From NCBI GenBank assembly GCA_937861125.1, contig CALMAY010000038.1, positions 27,942 to 91,941 on the forward strand: a stretch of 64,000 bases of DNA, written 5' to 3'. The translations under genes were made by a program, and so were the position numbers. Below, in pieces: positions 56,261 through 64,000 of the stretch. A model generated the notes under the pieces. That model searched no databases. It was not told the DNA's origin and saw nothing but the letters and a program-made list of their open reading frames with translations. Positions within the stretch are counted from its first letter, which is position 1. Each line of letters opens with the position of its first letter. The stretch comes from an uncultured bacterium. Its GTDB lineage: Bacteria > Patescibacteriota > Patescibacteriia > Magasanikbacterales > UBA922.

Positions 56261-58039
56261 TTATTCGTGTTTGCGTAAATCAACAATAGTGAGCTGTAAC
56301 TCCCGATTTCCATTCCACTCATTGATGTCTACCTCAAAGACAAGATCAACTAAATCGCCACTCCCGACCTGTTTGGTCCAATCAATTGAATCAGGATTTT
56401 TGTCACTACCACAGAGTCCCCAGCCAATTGTTTTGTGAATCTTTGGGGAGTTGTGTTTGACCATCATGGAGAGATGATGTGAGCCGTTGCCGACACATTT
56501 CATGGTGTGGACTGTCACACCTCTGGCCAAGTATTTTGGTTTCTCGTTACATTGTCCAAACGGTTTGAATTTATCAAGTACGTCGTAGAGATCCCAATTG
56601 ACGTCAGTGAGTGAGAGTTCTGCGTCGATCATGAGGGTTGGTTCTACTGAGATACCTTCTGTTTTTTTGTAGTAGGCTTCGATAAAGGCTTTTTTCATCT
56701 CTTCATATTTTTCTTCGCTCGCCAGAGTAAATCCACACGCCTGAGGATGTCCACCAAATTTGAGGAAGTACTGTGGCATTTCTTGGAGCGTGGCGATCAT
56801 GTTGAAGATATCGATACTGCGTCCAGAGCCGACGATAAAACCGTCGTTGTGTGTGAGCGCAAAAACTGGTTTTTGATATTTTTCTTTGAGTTTGCTCGCG
56901 ATGAGTCCGACGATACCAGCGGACCATGAGTATCCTTTGACAAAAAGTACTGGTGCGTCTTTTTGGTCTTTTTCTACTTGCTCACAGGCTTCTTTGACGT
57001 ACTGTTCTGTCAATTTTTGACGATCAATGTTGTTATTGTTGAGTTCAAATGCAAGATCAGTTGCCTCAATCGGACTCTTAGTAAAGAGGAGATTGTAGGC
57101 AACGTTTGCGTGATTCATGCGACCAGCCGCATTGAGGCGTGGTGCGATTTGAAAGCTGATCGTCGTCGTATCAAATTCTTTTTTCTTACTCCCATCATCA
57201 GCAATGAGTTTTGCTTCTGCGAGTAGTTTTTGTAATCCGACATGACGTGTCTTGTTGAGTACGAGTAAGCCGTATTTGGTGAGGGTACGACTCTCGCCAA
57301 GTAGCGGAACCATGTCAGATACACTCGCAATTGCAACGAGATCAATCAACCATTTTTCAAATGTATCGTGTGTTTCGCCATTTGGGAGTGTACTGTGTGT
57401 TTCTTTGTGTTTTTTGAACATCCCTTGCAGGAGTTTGAAAGCAACGCCCGCGCCACAGAGTCCGTCATCTGGATATGTTTCTCCTTCGCGTTTGGGGTGG
57501 ATGATGGCGACTGCTGGTGGGAGGGTTGCAGGAAGTGCATGGTGATCTGTAACGATCACATCAACACCAAGCGTGTTTGCTAAGGTAATTTCCTCGACAT
57601 TACTGACACCACAGTCGCACGTGATGATGAGTTTTGTTCCTTCGTTTGCGAGAAGTTGAACATTTTTTTTGTTGAGTCCGTATCCATCTGTTTCACGGTG
57701 AGGGAGAAAGACAGATGCATTGGTATGTCCGAGTGCATAAAGCATCTCCATCAAAATTGTCGCAGCGCAGACACCATCTGCATCGTAGTCACCGTGAATG
57801 GTGATTTTTTCATTTTGTTCGATGGCGCGATTGATTCGGTCAATCGCTTTTTGCATGTCCAAAAAGAGATATGGGTCAAAGATATCTTGGGTGTAATCAG
57901 GATTGAGAAACTCATCAATTTTTTCTGCATCAGTTACACCGCGGTGGTACAACAAATTCGCCACAATTGGTGGAAGTTCTGGGTGTTGCTCCAGAAATGA
58001 TTGTGGGGGTGTTTCACGGACGATCCATTTTTTTTGCAT
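56261..58039 (-). CDS. recJ: Single-stranded-DNA-specific exonuclease RecJ.
   Basis: DHH motifs (HGDYDADGV, DHHALP) and DHHA1 (GGHPQACG). Confidence 0.9.
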   Translation of the reverse strand: MQKKWIVRETPPQSFLEQHPELPPIVANLLYHRGVTDAEKIDEFLNPDYTQDIFDPYLFLDMQKAIDRINRAIEQNEKITIHGDYDADGVCAATILMEMLYALGHTNASVFLPHRETDGYGLNKKNVQLLANEGTKLIITCDCGVSNVEEITLANTLGVDVIVTDHHALPATLPPAVAIIHPKREGETYPDDGLCGAGVAFKLLQGMFKKHKETHSTLPNGETHDTFEKWLIDLVAIASVSDMVPLLGESRTLTKYGLLVLNKTRHVGLQKLLAEAKLIADDGSKKKEFDTTTISFQIAPRLNAAGRMNHANVAYNLLFTKSPIEATDLAFELNNNNIDRQKLTEQYVKEACEQVEKDQKDAPVLFVKGYSWSAGIVGLIASKLKEKYQKPVFALTHNDGFIVGSGRSIDIFNMIATLQEMPQYFLKFGGHPQACGFTLASEEKYEEMKKAFIEAYYKKTEGISVEPTLMIDAELSLTDVNWDLYDVLDKFKPFGQCNEKPKYLARGVTVHTMKCVGNGSHHLSMMVKHNSPKIHKTIGWGLCGSDKNPDSIDWTKQVGSGDLVDLVFEVDINEWNGNRELQLTIVDLRKHE

Positions 58040-58047
58040 ACACGCTA

Positions 58048-59832
58048 TTATCGTTTCAATACAGCTAAATATGCCTCTGTTGGGATTTCTACTTTTCCAC
58101 GACCCAACTCTTTCATTTTCTTCTTTCCTTTCTTTTGTTTGTCGAGCAATTTATTCTTTCGTGTCACATCTCCACCGTATAATTTCGCGATCACATCTTT
58201 ACGAAGCGCTGAGAGACGTTCACCTGCAATAACTTTACCACCGATTGCTGCTTGAATCTTGAGTTCAAACTGTTGGCGAGGCATGCTCTCTTTGAGAGAT
58301 TCGACAATTTTTTTGCCCACTGTATGTGCGTCGTCACGCCAGACGAGACAGGCGAGTGCTTCCTCGACTTCTTCGGCAATCATAATATCGAGCTTCACCA
58401 CGTCGGTCTTGCGATATTCTTTGAACTCGTAGTTGAGTGAGGCGTACCCACTCGTCACAGTCTTGAGTTTGTCGTAGAAATCAGTAATTAAAGAGGCGAG
58501 TGGAATCTCATATCGTAAAATGGCGCGTTTACCAGCGCCCATACTGAGATATTCGGTTGTTTGGTAGTTTCCTTTTCGTTCTGCTACGAGTGACATGACA
58601 TTACCGATGTAGTCTTCTGGAGTAATAATTTCAGCGACCATCCACGGCTCTTCGATGCGTTCTATTTTTTGTACCTCTGGGAGATCTTGTGGACTTTTGA
58701 TGATGAGATCAGTTCCGTTGGTTTGAAAAATATGGTAGGCAACAGAGGGGATAGTAGCGACAATATCAATATCAAATTCACGACGTAAGCGTTCCTGGAA
58801 AATATCGAGATGTAACATACCAAGGAATCCGCAGCGGAATCCAAAACCAAGCGCCTGTGAGTGTTCTGGCTCATATTGCAATGCTGAGTCAGAAAGCTTT
58901 AGCTTATCAATAGCATCTCGCATCGCATTGTAGTTGTCTCCCTCGTTTGGAAAGATACCAGCGAACACCATCGGACGGACTTCTTTATATCCATCGAGTG
59001 CGTGTGGACTTGGTGTTTTTTGGAGCGTAATTGTATCACCGACACGAACATTTCCCAGTTCTTTGAGTCCCGTAACGACGTACCCAATATGTCCGTCAGT
59101 TAGCTCTGCTTCAGAAACAAGTTTGGGTGTGTAGCGTCCCACTTCTAGTATTTCGGCAGTAGCACCAGTACGCATAAAAAGGATTTTGTCAGCTTTTTTG
59201 AGCGTGCCACCTTTCATGCGGACTGAAGCAATCACACCGCGATAATCATCGTAGAACGAATCAAAGATGAGGCCTTGGACATTTTCTACTCCTTCACTTG
59301 GTGCTGGTACGCGAGCAATGATGGCATCCAGAAGCTCTGGTACACCCTGTCCAGTTTTGCCAGATGTGTGCAAGATGTCTTTTGGGTCGCATCCGAGCAA
59401 GTGAACAATTTCTGCAGTTGTTTTTTCGAGATCTGAATTTGGTAGGTCAATTTTATTGAGTACAGGAATAATTGTCAGTCCCTGATCAATCGCAAGATAG
59501 AGGTTGGCAATGGTTTGTGCCTGTACACCCTGTGTTGAGTCAACGAGTAAAATAGCACCCTCTACCGCAGCCAAAGAGCGAGAGACTTCGTAGGTAAAGT
59601 CCACGTGGCCGGGGGTATCGATGAGGTTCAGTGCAAAACCTTTGTATTGCATACGGGCCGGCTGGAGTTTGATCGTAATACCTCTCTCTTTTTCGAGCTC
59701 CATGGTATCGAGCATCTGGTCCTGCATGTTGCGCTTATCAATGGTGCCGGTAATCTCAAGAAACCGATCCGCGAGGGTCGATTTGCCATGATCGATATGT
59801 GCTATGATACAAAAATTTCTTATGTTATTCAT
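58048..59832 (-). CDS. lepA: Elongation factor 4 (LepA).
   Basis: IRNFCIIAHIDHGKSTLADR G-domain and the LepA-specific C-terminal domain. Confidence 0.95.
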   Translation of the reverse strand: MNNIRNFCIIAHIDHGKSTLADRFLEITGTIDKRNMQDQMLDTMELEKERGITIKLQPARMQYKGFALNLIDTPGHVDFTYEVSRSLAAVEGAILLVDSTQGVQAQTIANLYLAIDQGLTIIPVLNKIDLPNSDLEKTTAEIVHLLGCDPKDILHTSGKTGQGVPELLDAIIARVPAPSEGVENVQGLIFDSFYDDYRGVIASVRMKGGTLKKADKILFMRTGATAEILEVGRYTPKLVSEAELTDGHIGYVVTGLKELGNVRVGDTITLQKTPSPHALDGYKEVRPMVFAGIFPNEGDNYNAMRDAIDKLKLSDSALQYEPEHSQALGFGFRCGFLGMLHLDIFQERLRREFDIDIVATIPSVAYHIFQTNGTDLIIKSPQDLPEVQKIERIEEPWMVAEIITPEDYIGNVMSLVAERKGNYQTTEYLSMGAGKRAILRYEIPLASLITDFYDKLKTVTSGYASLNYEFKEYRKTDVVKLDIMIAEEVEEALACLVWRDDAHTVGKKIVESLKESMPRQQFELKIQAAIGGKVIAGERLSALRKDVIAKLYGGDVTRKNKLLDKQKKGKKKMKELGRGKVEIPTEAYLAVLKR

Positions 59833-59994
59833 ATTATGGGCGATGCCTGTCCGCCTTGGGCGGAATACAGAAATTGCGGATGTTGTTCATATGTAGAAAT
59901 GCTTGACAAAAATCATTGGTTGTGTTATTTTTTGCTTTAAACAGGAAAAGTGCCATAATAGATTTTCGCGGGTCTTGAAGTGGTCTTTCCTGTT

Positions 59995-60066
59995 AGCGAG
60001 GTAGCTCAGTGGTAGAGCCCCGGGTTCATAACCCAGATGTCGCAGGTTCGATCCCTGCCCTCGCAA
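59995..60066 (+). tRNA. tRNA-Met (anticodon CAT); A1-A72 mismatch at the top of the acceptor stem.
   Basis: Anticodon arm CCGGG-TTCATAA-CCCAG with three G-C pairs next to the loop. T arm GCAGGTTCGATCCCTGC. CCA not encoded. Confidence 0.8.
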
Positions 60067-60070
60067 TTTT

Positions 60071-60112
60071 GACCCACCCCGACATCGTCGTGCGGTGGGT
60101 CTCTCTTTTTTT
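60071..60112. terminator. Bidirectional terminator between tRNA-Met and murJ.
   Basis: GACCCACC-(15-nt loop)-GGTGGGTC followed by TCTCTTTTTTT. Confidence 0.7.
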
Positions 60113-61724
60113 ATAGACTATTTTCACTATCTACCAGTTCCATAATAACTGGTTTTTTTGTAAAGAATTTTCGTTGAATTTGTGCTTTGATAATACGTAT
60201 TTCATCAACTCGAAATAGGTAGAGGATACCTACATAGCAAAGTAGCCCTATTGTGGCAGTAATAGCTCCTTGAGTCAAGATGCCAAAGCCTGTGTCCATG
60301 TTCACTAGTAGACTAACTGGTGCCTTGAGGGATTGGATCATGAAGGCCATCACAATACTCCCTCCAGTTACCACAGACAAGAAACGAAGTAATGGTAGGG
60401 TTTTGAGGTCGTGTTGACGGTGGGTGAGGAAAAGAAAGAGAAGTGAAACCTGGACTATAGACGAGATGGAGATAGATAGTGCAAGTCCTGGAATGCCCAT
60501 GTATGGTTTGAGTATGTATCCAAGTCCAATAGCAATGAGTACTCCAAACATCGCGATAAGGGATGGGGTTTTGGTATCTTTTTTTGCAAAAAAGCCACGG
60601 GTAAGGAGTGGGATAAGACACTGTGCAAAAAGAGATAGTGCAAAAAATCCTAGGGTGTTGCCTGTGATAATAGTGTCTGTCCAGTCAAATGCACCGCTGC
60701 CAAGTAGTACACGAACAATTTGCATGCGTAGAAGTAGAAATATAATTGCAAGAGGGACAATACAGATCAAAATAGTTCGTAGTGTTTGCAAGATATGTGT
60801 CATAAATACCTCTTCTTTGCGTGATTGTGCGGCAGTGGACAGTGTTGGAAATGCAGCAATAGCAAAACTAATTCCAATGAGACCGATTGGAAATGATTGA
60901 ATATTGTTGGCAAAGGTAAACATCGAGACACCACCAGCTGTGAGGGTGGAGGCAAATCCAACCATGATAATCGTTTGTATCTGACTACTACCGAGAGAAA
61001 AGATGCGTGGGATGGATGCGGTGCACATGTGGGAGAACTCTCTGACGTCATATCCACGCACAATTGGTTTGTAACCAATATAGATGAGTGACGGGAGTTG
61101 GATGAGGAGATGGAGCGCAGCACCAATGATCACCCCATATGCAAGTGCGATGGGGCCATACGTTGGAACAAGAAAGAGTGCCCCTATGATAATACCAAGG
61201 TTGTAGAGAATTGGTGAGAGAGAGGTAACGAAAAAAAGTTTTTGTGACTGGAGAGCTCCGCTCACTACACTACTGATACCCATGATAAGTGGTGAGAATA
61301 ACATGATGCGTGTCATGAGAATACTCAAGGTTTGTGCTTCTGGTGTGAGTCCTGGTGCGAGCAGTGGTATCAATGTTGGTGTACACAGCATAAGACCAGA
61401 TATTCCAACAAATATGGTGATACCACATACTATCAGTGTAGCGTTAAAAAACTTCCACCCATTATCTGTATTTTCGTCTCTTTGGGAAATAAAAGATGGG
61501 ATAAAGCTGGCAGAGAGTGCGCCAACAATCAAGAGTGTGTAAATAAAATCAGGAATGAGAAAGGCGCTATAGTAGGCGTCAAGTGTTGGCCCGGCACCAA
61601 AGAGGTGTGCTAAAAGTCTATCACGGAGTAATCCAATAAGACGACTCAAAAATGACGCTGCACCAATAAAGAGGGCGGCATGTGTAATGGTGTCTAGTGG
61701 TTTTGAAAAAATATTTCGGATCAT
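60111..61724 (-). CDS. murJ: Lipid II flippase MurJ (MviN).
   Basis: 14-TM MOP-superfamily pattern with the MurJ N-terminus (FLSRLIGLLRDRLLAHLFGAG...DAYYSAFLIPD). Confidence 0.9.
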   Translation of the reverse strand: MIRNIFSKPLDTITHAALFIGAASFLSRLIGLLRDRLLAHLFGAGPTLDAYYSAFLIPDFIYTLLIVGALSASFIPSFISQRDENTDNGWKFFNATLIVCGITIFVGISGLMLCTPTLIPLLAPGLTPEAQTLSILMTRIMLFSPLIMGISSVVSGALQSQKLFFVTSLSPILYNLGIIIGALFLVPTYGPIALAYGVIIGAALHLLIQLPSLIYIGYKPIVRGYDVREFSHMCTASIPRIFSLGSSQIQTIIMVGFASTLTAGGVSMFTFANNIQSFPIGLIGISFAIAAFPTLSTAAQSRKEEVFMTHILQTLRTILICIVPLAIIFLLLRMQIVRVLLGSGAFDWTDTIITGNTLGFFALSLFAQCLIPLLTRGFFAKKDTKTPSLIAMFGVLIAIGLGYILKPYMGIPGLALSISISSIVQVSLLFLFLTHRQHDLKTLPLLRFLSVVTGGSIVMAFMIQSLKAPVSLLVNMDTGFGILTQGAITATIGLLCYVGILYLFRVDEIRIIKAQIQRKFFTKKPVIMELVDSENSL

Positions 61725-61738
61725 GCACTATCTATATA

Positions 61739-62662
61739 CTAAAGCCATTTTTTTCGTCTCATGTACATGATAAACAACATAGTCAGTATGCCGAGAAGTC
61801 CAAACATTGACCAGACAATTATCGGGTGATTGGCATATGGTAGATGAACAAGGTTCATGCCATAGATACTACTCAGTAGGGTAAACGGCATGAGTCCCAC
61901 AGAGATAAAGGTCAAGAAACTGATCACCTGTGTGGTACGTTGATTGGTCACTGATTCGAGGGTAACATGAAGTCCCTCAATCGTGTCACGAAATGATTCG
62001 AGTATAGACCATTGTTTGTTGAGGAAGTCTGTCAGGTCATCAAAGTATACACCTAGTGATTCATCCAAAAAGGTACGATGTGTATGAGAGAGTGATGAAA
62101 TAAGATAGCGCTGCGGATCGATAACACGGCGGAATTTGAGGATGTCACGTCGATACATGGCAATTTCTTTGATCAATGAAATATCTGGACTATCTTGAAA
62201 AATTTCTTCTTCGGCTTCAGAGAGTCGTTTACCGAGTTCACTGAGAATTGGTTGGGTGGTATGGAGTACTGATTCGATGATGTTGTATACCAAAAAACCA
62301 GATGATCCGCTCATCCACTCATTTCGCACGTCGTCTGTTTTCATGCAACGATAAAAAATGTTTTTCATTACTGATGTACGTTCTGGTTCAATTGTGATGA
62401 CGTAGTCATCACCAAAGAAAATGTACACCTCTTGTCTGGTGATAGATTTTTTTCCATCTTTCCACTGTGGAAATTGGAGCACCAAAAAAAGATAGTCTTT
62501 GTATGTATCCAACTTTGGTACTTGGCTACCACCAGTCTGTACGTCTTCGATATCTAACGGGTGAAAGCGATGATTTTTTTCTAAAAACGCAATGGTCTCC
62601 TCGTCAGTTGAATCAATATATGTCCAGGTGAGATTTTTTTCTTTGATTTTTTTCATTGACAT
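61739..62662 (-). CDS. corA: Magnesium/cobalt transporter CorA.
   Basis: YGMN motif in the loop between two C-terminal transmembrane helices. Confidence 0.9.
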   Translation of the reverse strand: MSMKKIKEKNLTWTYIDSTDEETIAFLEKNHRFHPLDIEDVQTGGSQVPKLDTYKDYLFLVLQFPQWKDGKKSITRQEVYIFFGDDYVITIEPERTSVMKNIFYRCMKTDDVRNEWMSGSSGFLVYNIIESVLHTTQPILSELGKRLSEAEEEIFQDSPDISLIKEIAMYRRDILKFRRVIDPQRYLISSLSHTHRTFLDESLGVYFDDLTDFLNKQWSILESFRDTIEGLHVTLESVTNQRTTQVISFLTFISVGLMPFTLLSSIYGMNLVHLPYANHPIIVWSMFGLLGILTMLFIMYMRRKKWL

Positions 62663-62684
62663 AAGACAGGCGTATTAAAAAATT

Positions 62685-63371
62685 CTAAGGAAGTTCGGTA
62701 ATATTGAGTTCCAAAATGACTTCGTCTGTACCACGATCAGTTGGGGATGGATCAATAATGCGGAGTGTTCCGTTGATTGGCTCACTTGTGTGGGTAAAAG
62801 TAATTTCTTCGGAATACTGTGGAGTGACTGGTGTGGTGGTGACGATAAATCCTGTTTTTGTTAATTCGTCAGTGTAGTATTCCTTGATAAATGAAGGTCT
62901 AGCGGAGAGATGTGTCCAGTGGATAGTAAAGGTGCTGTTGTTGGCAAAAAGAGGTTTGTTGATAATTTGTTTGAAGCGATCTGTACCACTGAGATTGCGT
63001 GTGTCTGAGAGAATTTGATAGTTGCTCGGGAGATATTGTTCAACCATGAGGTACAGTGGTGTGATAATGACTTTTGGGACGTAGGCGAGACGTTCGAGCG
63101 TATTACCTTTTTCCTGTGCTGAGAGGTAGGTGATACCCTCGATGTTCTCCTTGTCATACATTGGGATAAGGTTACTGGGGAATGAATCAGGAAGTGTCTT
63201 GAACTCTTTGAGACTTGGTACAGCCAAAAGACGTACCAAAAGCAAAAAGGCGATACAGATAAGAAAGAGGCATCCGCACCCTCCAAAACAACTTCGTTTG
63301 AGGCATGATCGGTTTTTTCCGAGGGTCTGGATGGTTGGTTCTTGGATTTCAATTGTTTCGCGTTTTGGCAT
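62685..63371 (-). CDS. Hypothetical membrane-anchored protein (N-terminal transmembrane helix, Cys cluster CFGGCGC).
   Basis: ORF plus hydrophobic segment only. Confidence 0.45.
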   Translation of the reverse strand: MPKRETIEIQEPTIQTLGKNRSCLKRSCFGGCGCLFLICIAFLLLVRLLAVPSLKEFKTLPDSFPSNLIPMYDKENIEGITYLSAQEKGNTLERLAYVPKVIITPLYLMVEQYLPSNYQILSDTRNLSGTDRFKQIINKPLFANNSTFTIHWTHLSARPSFIKEYYTDELTKTGFIVTTTPVTPQYSEEITFTHTSEPINGTLRIIDPSPTDRGTDEVILELNITELP

Positions 63372-63630
63372 AGGGATATGTGTGATAGTATATCACGATT
63401 GAGGTGTTTAGTCCACTCGTTTGTGTGTCTAGATGACTTTTAAAGATACAAATTATTTTGCCACAGCATTATCCAGTCTCGCGACGGAAAAGATACAAGG
63501 ATACAAACAAATTAAAAATATCGACTGATGCAATGTATTGGAATTTTTAATTTGGTTATTGTTTGCATCTTGTGTCCTTTTTCTTTTTTCTTTTCTTTTG
63601 TATACTAGATATATTCTAAATATAACGTCT

Positions 63631-64000
63631 ATGAAACTCCATTTCTGCGGTGCCAATAAAGAAGTTACCGGTTCATGCCACCTCCTAGAAGTTGCGGGAA
63701 AAAAGTTGTTGATTGACTGTGGGATGTATCAGGGAAGTGATTATGCTGAAGGAAAAAACTTTGAAGATTTTCCATTTGATGTTCGTAGTGTTGATGCAGT
63801 GCTTGTTACGCACGCCCACCTCGACCACATCGGGCGTCTGCCAAAGTTGTTTACTGATGGATATCACGGACCTGTGTATGCGACCCATGCGACGTGCGAT
63901 ATCATTCCACTTGAGCTCGATGATGCGTATCAGATTATGGCGTACAATCATCGTAAGTTTCAGTATCCAATGCTCTACAGAGAAGAGGATATTGCAAAAC
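63631..64000 (+). CDS. Metallo-beta-lactamase-fold RNA-processing hydrolase (beta-CASP / RNase J-like), N-terminal fragment running off the window.
   Basis: MKLHFCGANKEVTGSCHLLE...VDAVLVTHAHLDHIGRLP gives the HxHxDH motif and the beta-CASP-type N-terminus. No stop before the window end. Confidence 0.7.
   Translation, partial: MKLHFCGANKEVTGSCHLLEVAGKKLLIDCGMYQGSDYAEGKNFEDFPFDVRSVDAVLVTHAHLDHIGRLPKLFTDGYHGPVYATHATCDIIPLELDDAYQIMAYNHRKFQYPMLYREEDIAK

Noticed and set aside
59895-59960. TTGACA at 59895 as a promoter for tRNA-Met.
   Set aside because: No acceptable -10 hexamer at 16-18 nt spacing (the TATTTT downstream is weak), and the tRNA start is about 95 nt away. It is left unannotated.
63387-63402. 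Palindrome GTGATA-gta-TATCAC overlapping a TATACT -10 upstream of the minus-strand gene at 63371, as a possible operator.
   Set aside because: A 6-bp inverted repeat built around the self-complementary TATA core is expected by chance in AT-rich promoter DNA; no second copy was seen.

Overview
This window reads as a small-genome, Patescibacteria/CPR-like bacterial chromosome: compact housekeeping genes, many tRNAs, and little or no Shine-Dalgarno signal. Genes include tsaD, rplJ-rplL, a GT2-DUF4012-mreB-GT4 envelope cluster, holB, frr, dtd, zupT, glyQS, an M16 peptidase, tpiA, bcp, mutM, a MacB-like ABC pair, nfo, rpmG, an ABC-F ATPase, ccdA, uppP, cca, yidC, a complete heat-shock cluster (CIRCE-hrcA-grpE-hsp20-dnaK-dnaJ), an ECF sigma/anti-sigma pair, lepA-recJ-rnhA, murJ and corA. 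Eight tRNA genes were found (Glu, Thr x2, Tyr, Trp, Val, Met), several behind textbook TTGACA-17-TATACT promoters and followed by clear rho-independent terminators. The most unusual items are: (1) a ~121-bp imperfect-palindrome element inserted in frame inside tsaD; (2) a tRNA-Glu locus where a GIY-YIG nuclease ORF sits between a complete tRNA-Glu and a 39-nt duplicate of its 5' half; (3) a 1655-aa surface protein built of GGLVG (GLUG-like) repeats with two C-terminal peptidoglycan-binding domains; (4) a DUF378 membrane protein with a metallothionein-like Cys-rich tail next to bcp and mutM; (5) a T-box-like leader upstream of glyQS; (6) two families of short dispersed intergenic motifs. No CRISPR array, rRNA or integrase/transposase gene was seen.
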